Origin: Pontixanthobacter sp.
GTDB lineage: Bacteria; Pseudomonadota; Alphaproteobacteria; Sphingomonadales; Sphingomonadaceae
NCBI GenBank assembly: GCA_965214445.1
Contig: CBDCBU010000001.1
Span: 1,235,601-1,299,600, forward strand
Length of the DNA stretch: 64,000 bases
Direction of reading: 5' to 3'
This document shows, one piece after another, positions 50,608 through 60,247 of this stretch. Numbering within the stretch: the first letter of the stretch is position 1; each line of letters opens with the position of its first letter. Position numbers and translations under genes: made by a program. The notes below the pieces were generated by a model. That model did not search any database. It was not told the DNA's origin and saw nothing but the letters and a program-made list of their open reading frames with translations.

Positions 50608-52986
50608 CTATGCCCGGCGTCGATCCGCATTGGTAAACAGGGCAAGGGCCTCCACCGCGGGCATCGGACGGCCGAAATGATAGCCCTGGATCTTCTTGCA
50701 GCCGAGCGCGCGGATCATTTCCGCTTCCTCCGCATTCTCGACGCCCTCGGCCGTCGTGCTCATTTCCAGACTGTCCGCCATCGCCACCACGGCGCGTATG
50801 ATCGCCAGGCTTTCAGCGCTGTTCTGTGCCGCTCCCTGAACGAAGGACCGGTCAACCTTGATGGTCGAGAATTTGAGATTGCGCAGATAGCCGAGTGATG
50901 AGTATCCGGTTCCAAAATCGTCGAGCGCCACCGAGCACCCCAGCGCCATGACGGCGTCCAGCGCCGCACGCGCGGCATTCGCATCCCGCAGGAAGATACT
51001 TTCGGTAACCTCGATTTCGAGCCTGTGCGGCGCGAGCCCGCTATGCGACAACGCGTTGACGATGTGCGACGTGAAATCGGGTTCGATCAGCTGTTCACCC
51101 GATACGTTGACCGCGACGCGAATGTGGCCGGGCCAGTTGACCGCTTCGCGGCATGCCTCCTGCAGCACCCACTTCCCGATCGGAACGATCAGCCGCGTAT
51201 CTTCCGCCATGGGAATGAACTTGTCCGGGCCGACGAAGCCATGTTCCTTGCTGTTCCAGCGCAACAGGGCCTCGAAACTAACGACATGTTCGCCATGCGC
51301 GTCCACGACCGGCTGATAGGCGAGCGACAGTTCCCCGCGCTCGAGCGCCTTGCGAAGCGAGAACTCCAGCTTGCGCCGCTCCTCCGCCTGCGCGTGAAGC
51401 GCGGGCTGGTAGGCGTAGTGTTCGCCCCCGCCATCGTCCTTCGCCTGGTAAAGGGCGAGGTCGGCGTTACGCATCAATTCCTCGACCGTGCTACCATCGC
51501 GCGGACCCAGCGCCGAACCGACGCTGGCGCCGACATACAGCGTATGATGATCGACATCGTAAGGCTGCGATATCCGCGCGATGATTTTCCTTGCCAACCG
51601 TTCGACGACGCTGTTGTCCGACGCGTCGCGGATAACCACGGCGAATTCGTCGCCCCCGAGCCGGCCGCAGGACGTATTTTCGCCCATCAGTTCCTGCAAC
51701 CGGCCGGACACCTTGGCCAGTAGCTGGTCGCCGACCAGATGGCCCAGACTGTCGTTGACGGCCTTGAACCGATCCAGATCGACCATCAGGAACGCGCAGC
51801 GGGTTCGCCACTGGGTGGAATAACGCAACGCATCGCGCACCGATTCATGCAGCATCAGTCGATTGGGAAGCCCGGTCAGCGTGTCGTACCGGGCGAGATA
51901 GGCGATCTTCTCACTCGATTCGCGTTGCTCGGTCACGTCGGAGCCAACCCCGCGAAAGCCGTTGTAGCGGCCATTGTCATCCAGTATCGGCGTGCCGGAC
52001 AATTCCCACCAGCGATGCTCGCCGTCGATCACGACCTTGACGATCAGGTTCGAGAAATTCTCACGCCGTTTCAACCGTTCGGCAAGGTCGTGCAGGCTGG
52101 GCGGAAACTGGCCGTTCTGCCAGCCTTCCCCCGATATCGCCTGCAGGAACGGTTGCCCCTCGGCTTCCTGGGGCTCCTTGCCGAGCGCATAGGAAAACCG
52201 TGGCGATACGGCGCGTATGCGGCGGCCCGTATCGACCTGCCACAGCCAATCCGCCTGATTTTCCTCGAACTCCCGCAGCAGCAGCGATACCACCTCGCCC
52301 TTTTCGGTCATACCCGCCTCGGCGATCTGTGCGGTAAGGTATGTCCGGGCATTGTGCACGGTACCGTAGGCGGTGATGCCGACGAACATGACGATAACGA
52401 TAGCGATCTCGAACTGGGCCATCGTCAGCGCGGTTATGGCCGCGACGCCGCCCGTTATGAACGCGAACACGATCGCCCCCAGAGGTGCGCCCGCTACCAG
52501 CAACGTCGATCCGATGATCAAGGTGGATACGACTGTCCACAAGGCGAGCAGTTCGAACGGGCTTCCCTGCCAGGTAAACAGGGCAATGGGTACGCACCAG
52601 ACGATGGCGATCAGCACGGTCGACGACCAATGGCGGGTGAAATCGGTACGGCTCAAACGGCCGTTCTGCGCGCCTGCCAGATCCCGTTCGCAGCGAACGG
52701 CGTAATACAATATGCCGAACAGCGCGATCACCCAGGACGCCAGCGCAACGGGCGGGACCGCGTCGCGATACAGCCAGACCGCCAGCGCGGCGCCGACGAA
52801 CTGTCCGGCCATGCGAGGCACCAGATTGCTGGCGAGCCGGGAATATTGCAACCCGCGGATACGGGCCCTTTCCTCGTCATCACCGACATGGTTCAAACCG
52901 AGGACCGCCAATGCGGTCAGCTTTTCAGGCAACTTGTCAGACTGCTTTTCGGTAACAGCCGCGGCGGAAGATTTACTGGTGGTCAC
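50608..52986 (-). CDS. Membrane-anchored PAS-GGDEF-EAL signalling protein
   Basis: 792 aa. Multi-TM N-terminus, GGDEF (RLGGDEFAV) and EAL (FEALLRW) motifs both present. Confidence 0.9.
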   Translation of the reverse strand: MTTSKSSAAAVTEKQSDKLPEKLTALAVLGLNHVGDDEERARIRGLQYSRLASNLVPRMAGQFVGAALAVWLYRDAVPPVALASWVIALFGILYYAVRCERDLAGAQNGRLSRTDFTRHWSSTVLIAIVWCVPIALFTWQGSPFELLALWTVVSTLIIGSTLLVAGAPLGAIVFAFITGGVAAITALTMAQFEIAIVIVMFVGITAYGTVHNARTYLTAQIAEAGMTEKGEVVSLLLREFEENQADWLWQVDTGRRIRAVSPRFSYALGKEPQEAEGQPFLQAISGEGWQNGQFPPSLHDLAERLKRRENFSNLIVKVVIDGEHRWWELSGTPILDDNGRYNGFRGVGSDVTEQRESSEKIAYLARYDTLTGLPNRLMLHESVRDALRYSTQWRTRCAFLMVDLDRFKAVNDSLGHLVGDQLLAKVSGRLQELMGENTSCGRLGGDEFAVVIRDASDNSVVERLARKIIARISQPYDVDHHTLYVGASVGSALGPRDGSTVEELMRNADLALYQAKDDGGGEHYAYQPALHAQAEERRKLEFSLRKALERGELSLAYQPVVDAHGEHVVSFEALLRWNSKEHGFVGPDKFIPMAEDTRLIVPIGKWVLQEACREAVNWPGHIRVAVNVSGEQLIEPDFTSHIVNALSHSGLAPHRLEIEVTESIFLRDANAARAALDAVMALGCSVALDDFGTGYSSLGYLRNLKFSTIKVDRSFVQGAAQNSAESLAIIRAVVAMADSLEMSTTAEGVENAEEAEMIRALGCKKIQGYHFGRPMPAVEALALFTNADRRRA

Positions 52987-53085
52987 CCCTTCGCCATTAG
53001 CGGGGAGAGGTTATCAGGCCGTAAAACTAAACATTCTATACAATTGAAGCCACATCGCTATCGATGTTATGCTGCGCAGGACGGA

Positions 53086-54909
53086 TTATTCGACCGTTAC
53101 CGACTTGGCCAGGTTGCGCGGTTGGTCGACATCGGTTCCTTTGACGCATGCGACATGATATGCCAGCAGCTGCACCGGTACCGCATAGACCAGCGGCGCG
53201 ATCAGCGGATGGACCTTGGGCATCTCGATGGTGGCGAGGCACCCTTCGCCCGCCTCTTCCAACCCTACCGCATCCGAGATCAGCACGATCTGCCCGCCTC
53301 GCGCGCGCACTTCCTGCATGTTGGAGACGGTCTTTTCGAACAGCGGTCCGGATGGCGCCAGGACGATCACCGGCACGGCTTCGTCGATCAGCGCGATGGG
53401 TCCATGCTTCATTTCGCCCGATGCGTATCCTTCGGCATGAATGTAACTGATTTCCTTCAACTTCAGCGCCCCTTCCAAAGCCAGCGGATAATCTGGCCCG
53501 CGCCCGAGATACAGTACATCGCGCGCCGGTGCGATCAACGGGGCCATGGCCGCGATATCGTCATCATGCTGAAGCGCGGCATTGATCGCTGCCGGCGCCT
53601 CCAGCAAATGCCTGACCACCTCGCGTTCCTCGTCGCGGTTCATCTGGTCCTTGCCGACTGCAAGATGCGCGGCCAGTGCAGCCAGGACCGCCAGCTGGCA
53701 GGTGAACGCCTTGGTAGATGCCACCCCGATTTCCGGGCCGGCGTGGGTCGGCAGAAGCAGGTCGGCTTCGCGCGCCATCGAACTGGTCGGCACGTTGACG
53801 ACCACCGCGATGGTCTGCCCCGCCGCCTTGCAATGGCGCAGGGCCGCCAGCGTATCGGCGGTTTCCCCACTCTGCGATATGAACAGCGCCAGCCCGCCAT
53901 CTTCGAGCACCGGGTCGCGGTACCGAAACTCGCTCGCCACATCGAGATCGACGGGAATACGGGCGAAGTGCTCGAACCAGTATTTTGCAACCATCCCGGC
54001 GTAGAAGGACGTTCCGCAGGCGACGATGGTGATGCGGCGGATTTGCGAAAGATCGAAATCCATCTGCGGCAGGGCGACCCGTTCTTCCGCCTGGTGGACG
54101 TAGGAGCCCAGCGTCTGCGCGACCACGGTCGGCTGTTCGAAGATTTCCTTCTGCATGAAATGGCGGTAATTGCCCTTTTCCACCGATGCCGCGGATGCGC
54201 CCGATAAGGTCACGGGGCGTTCGACTATCTCGTTATGCTCATCGTAGATCGTGGCCCCGGCGCGGGTGACGACGACCCAGTCGCCTTCCTCCAGATAAGT
54301 GATCTGCTGCGTCAGCGGGGCGAGCGCGAGAGCATCGGAGCCGAGATAGGTTTCCCCTTCTCCGTACCCGACTACCAGCGGCGAACCGCGCCGTGCGCCG
54401 ATCAGCTGGCCGGGATGCGCCTTGAACGCGATCGCCAGCGCGAAGGCACCGCGCAGTTCGGGCAGCACCGCCTTGACCGCATCCTCGGGCGACATGCCTG
54501 CTTCGATGTGGCGGGAAACCAGGTGCGCCACGACTTCGCTGTCCGTATCGCTTTCCAGCGTGCGGCCATCGGCCCTCAGTTCCTCCCGCAAAGGCTTGAA
54601 GTTCTCGATGATGCCGTTGTGGACCAGCGCGACATGATCGGTCGCGTGGGGATGGGCATTATGCGTCGTCGGCGCACCGTGCGTCGCCCAGCGCGTATGC
54701 GCAATCCCGACGGGCCCCGGGGCTGGATTTTCGGCCAGCTTGGCGACGAGATTGGCAAGTTTGCCCTGCGCGCGGCGGCGGACCATCGCGCCATCGTCGA
54801 TCGTGCAGATACCGGCGCTGTCGTAGCCGCGATATTCCATCCGCCGCAGCCCGTCGACCAGCCGATCCGAAACGTCGCGATCACTGACGATACCGATAAT
54901 GCCGCACAT
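53086..54909 (-). CDS. glmS: Glutamine--fructose-6-phosphate aminotransferase
   Basis: MCGIIGIV N-terminal nucleophile. 607 aa, ends ...AKSVTVE. Confidence 0.96.
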   Translation of the reverse strand: MCGIIGIVSDRDVSDRLVDGLRRMEYRGYDSAGICTIDDGAMVRRRAQGKLANLVAKLAENPAPGPVGIAHTRWATHGAPTTHNAHPHATDHVALVHNGIIENFKPLREELRADGRTLESDTDSEVVAHLVSRHIEAGMSPEDAVKAVLPELRGAFALAIAFKAHPGQLIGARRGSPLVVGYGEGETYLGSDALALAPLTQQITYLEEGDWVVVTRAGATIYDEHNEIVERPVTLSGASAASVEKGNYRHFMQKEIFEQPTVVAQTLGSYVHQAEERVALPQMDFDLSQIRRITIVACGTSFYAGMVAKYWFEHFARIPVDLDVASEFRYRDPVLEDGGLALFISQSGETADTLAALRHCKAAGQTIAVVVNVPTSSMAREADLLLPTHAGPEIGVASTKAFTCQLAVLAALAAHLAVGKDQMNRDEEREVVRHLLEAPAAINAALQHDDDIAAMAPLIAPARDVLYLGRGPDYPLALEGALKLKEISYIHAEGYASGEMKHGPIALIDEAVPVIVLAPSGPLFEKTVSNMQEVRARGGQIVLISDAVGLEEAGEGCLATIEMPKVHPLIAPLVYAVPVQLLAYHVACVKGTDVDQPRNLAKSVTVE

Positions 54910-55026
54910 GAGAGAAAACTTTCATAAGACGCCGGTCACCTATCTACGCAGGAACTGGTGACCTTTTAGAACAGTATCCCCCCGTAGCGGATGAGCCGCC
55001 CGGATCAATGGCTCTTCACATAGATC

Positions 55027-56553
55027 TCAAGATACGCCGTTTCGCACCGGTTTCGACGTTGCGCGTTGTCGTGCCGCCCGGTTCTGCAGGTATAGCCAGG
55101 GGACATGCGCGGAATCGAACCGCTTGCGGATCGCGCGCTGGAAGAAGGGGGGCATATGATCGCCGACGATCAATATGTCCGCTTCGGGAAAATCGGGTGC
55201 GTCGATTTCTTCGAATATCGCATCCGCTACGCTTTTATGAACGGCGTAGCTTCGGCAAAGCATTGGAAAATCTGTTCGCCATCGGGCGGTGCCCAGGCTG
55301 CACCGGTCGGTTCCCAGCGCTTCGTCGGAGCCAACCGGCAGATGGGCATTCACCGTCAGCCAGTAGATTAGATTGCGTTCGGATGGCGAAGCGCGCAACC
55401 GGTCCCCCAGCAGCTTGGGAACGTCTTCGTCGCACACCCCGGCAAAAACCCCGTTGCAGTCGCGTGCGCCCATCGCACCAAGTTCGGGTTTGAACTCGTC
55501 GGACTGGAAGCCCAGTTTGGGGTACCATTGCCACCGCCAGAAGAAACTACTTTCGAACGAATGGAAAGCCATGGTCTTGAACCCTTTTTCGGCAAATTGC
55601 CTTGGCAGGCAGTTCGAATTGTCGAAATCGAAGGCGTTGTGGTCGGACCATACACCGCACAATTCACGAAGTTCGGCATTGGTGGTCGATCCGTAATACT
55701 CGCTGATGCCGTATGTCGCGTCGTAGCCCGTCAATTTGCTTGCATCCCAGATCTGCCGGTCGATCCGTTTGTCCAAAGGATGTTCGGGAACACCCCAGCT
55801 TTCCACCATTATGATGATGAGGTTTCTGGCCATCAGGTTTTCAGGGCGGATATCGTTGCGCAGAATGGCGGAATCCATCGGCGTACCCGCCGGTGCAGTA
55901 GCCTTGTAGCTCCCGCGCGTTCCGGCCGTGAAATACATGTCGCCCGCTATCAGGACACCGATGGCGGCAAGGCCGGTCAGATATTGGCTTCGTGAGTTGA
56001 ATTGCGTCCTGGCGGATCCGAAAGAGACCGCGCCTATCAGCGCGCCGCCCATGGCAGTTGCTGCGACCAGATATTCGGGAGATTTGAAGACATCCAGCTC
56101 GCCGATATATTGATGCAAACGAAAAGCGTTCAGAAGATCGATATTGAAGCTTTTTGTAACATAGACGGCCGAAACAAACGCGAAAATGGCACCGATTGCC
56201 ACGATACGGACTTTTCGCAGGGACCGCTGCGCCGCGATCAATCCGAAAAGCCCGGTCATCAGGATCGTCGCGGTCATGGACGGTCCGCCGATCGGCCACA
56301 TGGCAATGACCGCCATATTGGGGGCGAGCAGCCACCAGAGCATCCATCGCCACGGCATGGCATCCAACAAATCCGATTTGATATATTGCTGCATAGGGTC
56401 GGTCGTCCACGCTGATACCGGTAGGGTTGCTGCCTTTTCCAGTAGGCAATCGTGGTAAAGAAGTCGTTGCCCTGCGTTCGAGTGCGGCGTGACCCGGCAT
56501 CCGTCGGCCCATTTATGGATTGCTAAGGTTTCCGCTTTATTCACCATCCCCAT
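55027..56553 (-). CDS. LTA synthase / MdoB-like sulfatase-family membrane protein
   Basis: 508 aa. About 5 N-terminal TM helices, then MVESWG and YYGSTTNAE (GxTxxxE, as around the LtaS nucleophile Thr). Visibly AT-richer than its neighbours. Confidence 0.72.
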   Translation of the reverse strand: MGMVNKAETLAIHKWADGCRVTPHSNAGQRLLYHDCLLEKAATLPVSAWTTDPMQQYIKSDLLDAMPWRWMLWWLLAPNMAVIAMWPIGGPSMTATILMTGLFGLIAAQRSLRKVRIVAIGAIFAFVSAVYVTKSFNIDLLNAFRLHQYIGELDVFKSPEYLVAATAMGGALIGAVSFGSARTQFNSRSQYLTGLAAIGVLIAGDMYFTAGTRGSYKATAPAGTPMDSAILRNDIRPENLMARNLIIIMVESWGVPEHPLDKRIDRQIWDASKLTGYDATYGISEYYGSTTNAELRELCGVWSDHNAFDFDNSNCLPRQFAEKGFKTMAFHSFESSFFWRWQWYPKLGFQSDEFKPELGAMGARDCNGVFAGVCDEDVPKLLGDRLRASPSERNLIYWLTVNAHLPVGSDEALGTDRCSLGTARWRTDFPMLCRSYAVHKSVADAIFEEIDAPDFPEADILIVGDHMPPFFQRAIRKRFDSAHVPWLYLQNRAARQRATSKPVRNGVS

Positions 56554-56631
56554 TGATCTTCCAATGACTATCCCTTGTCATCAGAACACATTGAATTGTG
56601 CGGTTTTTAATCGCTTATGGAGAACGGCCCG

Positions 56632-58164
56632 ATGAGCGCATTTGGACGAAAGAACGGTCCCAGCGGCATGAAGTCCGGCGCCCGTCCATCCTTCGGTGTC
56701 GCCCGCCCGATGAAGGGCGGCGACGCGAAGGCGCCCATCAAGGAAGAAGCCCCGGTCCCCGGCGGCGAACAGTTTCCCCCCTTGCCGGGTGAGGATGGAA
56801 TCGACGGTGCCGGCCTGGCACCGGCGACCAAGAACGATGCGATGACCCGCCTGACCGACCGTGCCAATGCGGTCATGGAAGGCCAGCAGGAAGTCGGCGG
56901 GTTCGAAGCCAGCGTCCACCGGATCAAGGAGCAGGTGCTGCCGCGCCTTCTGGAACGGGTCGATCCCGAAGCGGCCGCGACGCTTTCCAAAGAGGAACTG
57001 TCCGAAGAATTCCGTCCGATTATCATGGAGGTGCTGGCCGAACTGAAGGTCACGCTGAACCGCCGCGAACAATTCGCGCTCGAAAAAGTCCTGATCGATG
57101 AATTGCTCGGTTTCGGTCCGCTGGAGGAATTGCTGGGCGATCCGGATATCACCGACATCATGGTCAACGGTCCGCAGCAGACCTATATCGAGAAGAAGGG
57201 CAAGCTGGTCATCGCCCCCATCCAGTTCCGCGACGAACAGCACCTGTTCCAGATCGCACAGCGGATCGTCAACCAGGTCGGTCGGCGTGTCGACCAGACC
57301 ACGCCGCTGGCCGATGCCCGTCTGAAGGACGGTAGCCGTGTCAACGTCATCGTGCCGCCTTTGTCCCTGAAGGGCACGGCGATCTCCATTCGTAAGTTTT
57401 CCGAAAAGCCGATCACCATCGACATGCTGAAGAATTTCGGTTCGATGGACGAAAAGATGGCGACCGCGCTTAAGATCGCGGGCGCATGCCGGATGAACAT
57501 CGTGATTTCAGGCGGTACCGGTTCGGGCAAGACGACGATGCTCAACGCCCTGTCCAAGATGATCGATCCCGGCGAACGTGTGCTGACGATCGAGGATGCG
57601 GCCGAACTTCGCCTGCAGCAGCCGCATTGGCTGCCGCTGGAAACGCGCCCGCCGAACCTGGAAGGGCAAGGCGCGATCACGATCGGCGACCTCGTGAAGA
57701 ACGCCCTGCGCATGCGGCCCGACCGCATCATCCTGGGCGAGATTCGCGGCGCGGAATGCTTCGATCTGCTTGCCGCGATGAATACGGGTCATGACGGGTC
57801 GATGTGTACGCTCCACGCCAACAGCCCGCGCGAATGCCTGGGCCGGATGGAGAACATGATCCTGATGGGCGATATCAAGATACCCAAGGAGGCCATCAGC
57901 CGGCAGATCGCGGAGTCGGTCGATCTGATCGTCCAGGTGAAGCGCCTGCGCGACGGTTCGCGCCGCACGACCAACATCACCGAAGTCATCGGCATGGAAG
58001 GCGACGTCATCGTGACGCAGGAACTGTTCAAGTTCGAATATCTGGACGAGGACGAAGACGGCAAGATCATCGGCGAATTCCGCGCTTCGGGATTGCGCCC
58101 CTACACGCTCGAAAAATCGCGCCAGTTCGGGTTCGATCAAGCGTATCTGGAAGCGTGTCTGTAG
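56632..58164 (+). CDS. cpaF: CpaF family type II/IV secretion ATPase
   Basis: Walker A GGTGSGKTT, Walker B-like VLTIEDAAEL, GEIRGAE and TGHDGS boxes. ATG at 56632 is preceded by GGAGAA (tracked ORF starts at 56617). Confidence 0.88.
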   Translation: MSAFGRKNGPSGMKSGARPSFGVARPMKGGDAKAPIKEEAPVPGGEQFPPLPGEDGIDGAGLAPATKNDAMTRLTDRANAVMEGQQEVGGFEASVHRIKEQVLPRLLERVDPEAAATLSKEELSEEFRPIIMEVLAELKVTLNRREQFALEKVLIDELLGFGPLEELLGDPDITDIMVNGPQQTYIEKKGKLVIAPIQFRDEQHLFQIAQRIVNQVGRRVDQTTPLADARLKDGSRVNVIVPPLSLKGTAISIRKFSEKPITIDMLKNFGSMDEKMATALKIAGACRMNIVISGGTGSGKTTMLNALSKMIDPGERVLTIEDAAELRLQQPHWLPLETRPPNLEGQGAITIGDLVKNALRMRPDRIILGEIRGAECFDLLAAMNTGHDGSMCTLHANSPRECLGRMENMILMGDIKIPKEAISRQIAESVDLIVQVKRLRDGSRRTTNITEVIGMEGDVIVTQELFKFEYLDEDEDGKIIGEFRASGLRPYTLEKSRQFGFDQAYLEACL

Positions 58165-58200
58165 ACACGTCCGAAGTTTCGGGGCATTCCGGCACCAACC

Positions 58201-58446
58201 TTATTCCCCCGTCATGACACCCTTGATGGCCAGTATGAGAAGCGCGGCGGCGATCATGGCGCTGCCCATGAAGATGGGGGTCCATGGCATCCAGCCCAGC
58301 GCATCGAACCGCGCCTTCGCGTTGCGCCGCTTTTCCGCGGCCAGTGCGAACAGCGCGACGCCGATCATGGCCAGACCAGCGAGGCCGACCAGTTCCGCCT
58401 CGCTTGCGAAAAGGAGATAGTCGCGCAGCGGCTGCATGGCGCGCAT
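58201..58446 (-). CDS. Hypothetical two-TM membrane protein
   Basis: Tracked ORF 58201..58467. G/C-rich third positions by hand translation and two hydrophobic segments. No recognised family. Confidence 0.45.
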   Translation of the reverse strand: MRAMQPLRDYLLFASEAELVGLAGLAMIGVALFALAAEKRRNAKARFDALGWMPWTPIFMGSAMIAAALLILAIKGVMTGE

Positions 58447-58519
58447 ATGGGTGGCGGGCCGGGTCACCGCAACATACGCGCAGGATTGCGTGGATCGATC
58501 GCGCCCCTAATGCGGCCGG

Positions 58520-59449
58520 GTGTCAGATGCATCCACTGCAACCTTGCCAAATGCACCCGCCCGGCGTCCGCTTCTCGCCCTGCTGATCAGACTCGCCGCG
58601 GCCTTCGTGCTGTCGGTCATGCTTGTCCTGGTCAAGCTGGCGAGCGAAAGCGGCGTGCAGCTCATCGAAATCCTGTTCTGGCGGCAAATTCCCACCATCC
58701 CCATCCTCCTAGCTTGGTTCGGTGCGACCGGTGGCCTTCGCAAACTCAAAACCGCGAGGCTTGGCAAACACGCGCAGCGGGCCGCCTACGGCCTTACCGG
58801 CATGTTCCTGAATTTCGGGGCGGTGACGCTCCTGCCGCTGGCCGAAGCGACGACGTTCGGTTTCACGTCCGCCATCTGGGCGGTGATCCTGTCGGCGCTT
58901 CTACTGAAGGAACGGGTCGGCAGCTATCGCTGGGGCGCCGTGCTGCTCGGCTTTGTCGGCGTGATTGTCATCGCGCAGCCGGGCGGTGCCACGATCCCGC
59001 TTTTTGGAACCGTCATCGCACTGGCGGCGCCGTTCATGATCGCGCTCATATCCATCCAGATACGCGATCTGACGCGGACGGAGGATCCGCTGACGATCGT
59101 CTTCTACTTCGCCGCATTCAGCGTGCCGGTGCTGGCGCTGGCGCTGCCCTTCGTTGCCGCTCCGCATTCACCCTATCAATGGGGTCTGCTTGGCGGGCTG
59201 GCGCTGGTCGGTTTGCTGGGTCAGTTCCTGCTGACGGCGGCACTTAAATACGGCGCGGTCGCAAGCGTCATCGTGATGGATTACAGCTCGCTTCTATGGG
59301 CGACCCTGTTCGGCTTCTGGTTCTTCGATCGGCTGCCCACGGCTGCCCTGTGGATCGGCGCGCCGCTCATCGTCGCGGCGGGTTCGATCATCGCCTGGCG
59401 CGAACACCGGTTGTCGAAGATTCCCGTTCCGGCAGAGGCGGCTGGATGA
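58520..59449 (+). CDS. DMT (EamA-like) family transporter
   Basis: 309 aa, about 10 TM segments in a duplicated EamA-like pattern. GTG start, uncertain. Confidence 0.82.
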   Translation: MSDASTATLPNAPARRPLLALLIRLAAAFVLSVMLVLVKLASESGVQLIEILFWRQIPTIPILLAWFGATGGLRKLKTARLGKHAQRAAYGLTGMFLNFGAVTLLPLAEATTFGFTSAIWAVILSALLLKERVGSYRWGAVLLGFVGVIVIAQPGGATIPLFGTVIALAAPFMIALISIQIRDLTRTEDPLTIVFYFAAFSVPVLALALPFVAAPHSPYQWGLLGGLALVGLLGQFLLTAALKYGAVASVIVMDYSSLLWATLFGFWFFDRLPTAALWIGAPLIVAAGSIIAWREHRLSKIPVPAEAAG

Positions 59450-59522
59450 TGGGCGGAACCATCCCTGCGTCCCCATCGTTACGCCAGTGCCCGCTCATGG
59501 GCATGAACGAAGGAGCCTCCCA

Positions 59523-59651
59523 ATGGTCCGCAAGATCATCGCCACCACCACTTTCGCCGCCGCGGCATTGAGCCTGTCGGCCTGCAACACGATCGACGGT
59601 ATCGAGGAAGACGCCGAATCCGTCGTTGAAGAAGTCGACGAGGAAATCTGA
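59523..59651 (+). CDS. Entericidin A/B-like small lipoprotein (42 aa, not in supplied ORF track)
   Basis: Hand translation: MVRKIIATTTFAAAALSLSACNTIDGIEEDAESVVEEVDEEI*. Lipobox LSAC followed by NT.xG..ED, as in EcnA/EcnB. GGAG lies 7 nt upstream of the ATG. Confidence 0.55.
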   Translation: MVRKIIATTTFAAAALSLSACNTIDGIEEDAESVVEEVDEEI

Positions 59652-59653
59652 CA

Positions 59654-60247
59654 TCAGACCTTACGAAACAGCAGGATGCAGTTGTTCGCGGGCATCGAAT
59701 ATCTTTCGCGCATTGTGAAATCGTTTTCCTGTGCGACGGCGTCCAAATCCGGGATGGAGCGAAGGCCCCATTCCGGATTTCGTCGTTTCAGATCGACGTC
59801 GAATTCCTGGTTGGATGGGGCGGTCGGCACGCCGGGATCGATGAACGGCCCGTAGAGGATCAGCGGTGCGTTCGTGTCCAACAGACGCGCCGCACCGCGG
59901 AACAGGCCAGCGGTCGCGCACCATGGGCTGATATGAACCATATTGCAGCAGAAAATTGCGTCAGCCTGCTCCACCGGCCAGCGTTCCGACGCGGCATCGA
60001 GCACGATAGGAGCCGCCAGGTTCGATGGTCCGGCATCGGCCCGCCATTCCGCAATCGAAAGCAGCGAAGCCTCATCCTGATCGCTTGGCTGCCAGATCAG
60101 GTCCGGAAATTTGCGCGACATGTAGACCGCGTGTTCGCCGGTGCCGCTGGCGATCTCCAGGACCGTTCCCTTTGCTGGCAGGATCTGCGACAACACGCCA
60201 TGAATTGCCGCGCTGTTGCGCCCGGTGGCGGGAGCGTGCCGTTTCAT
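59654..60247 (-). CDS. DUF938 family SAM-dependent methyltransferase-like protein
   Basis: 197 aa, APATGRNSAAI and VLEIASGTGEH blocks. Confidence 0.78.
   Translation of the reverse strand: MKRHAPATGRNSAAIHGVLSQILPAKGTVLEIASGTGEHAVYMSRKFPDLIWQPSDQDEASLLSIAEWRADAGPSNLAAPIVLDAASERWPVEQADAIFCCNMVHISPWCATAGLFRGAARLLDTNAPLILYGPFIDPGVPTAPSNQEFDVDLKRRNPEWGLRSIPDLDAVAQENDFTMRERYSMPANNCILLFRKV

Noticed and set aside
51739-54207. 822-aa ORF on the + strand, the longest unassigned ORF in the window
   Set aside because: It runs antisense across both the GGDEF-EAL gene and glmS, including their intergenic region. Both of those genes have unambiguous motifs, and the antisense translation has none.
54910-55026. 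glmS ribozyme/riboswitch in the glmS 5' region
   Set aside because: The glmS ribozyme is, to my knowledge, essentially a Gram-positive element. This 117-nt spacer is short, and I could not recognise its conserved core. Only a weak hairpin is present, and it is reported separately at low interest.
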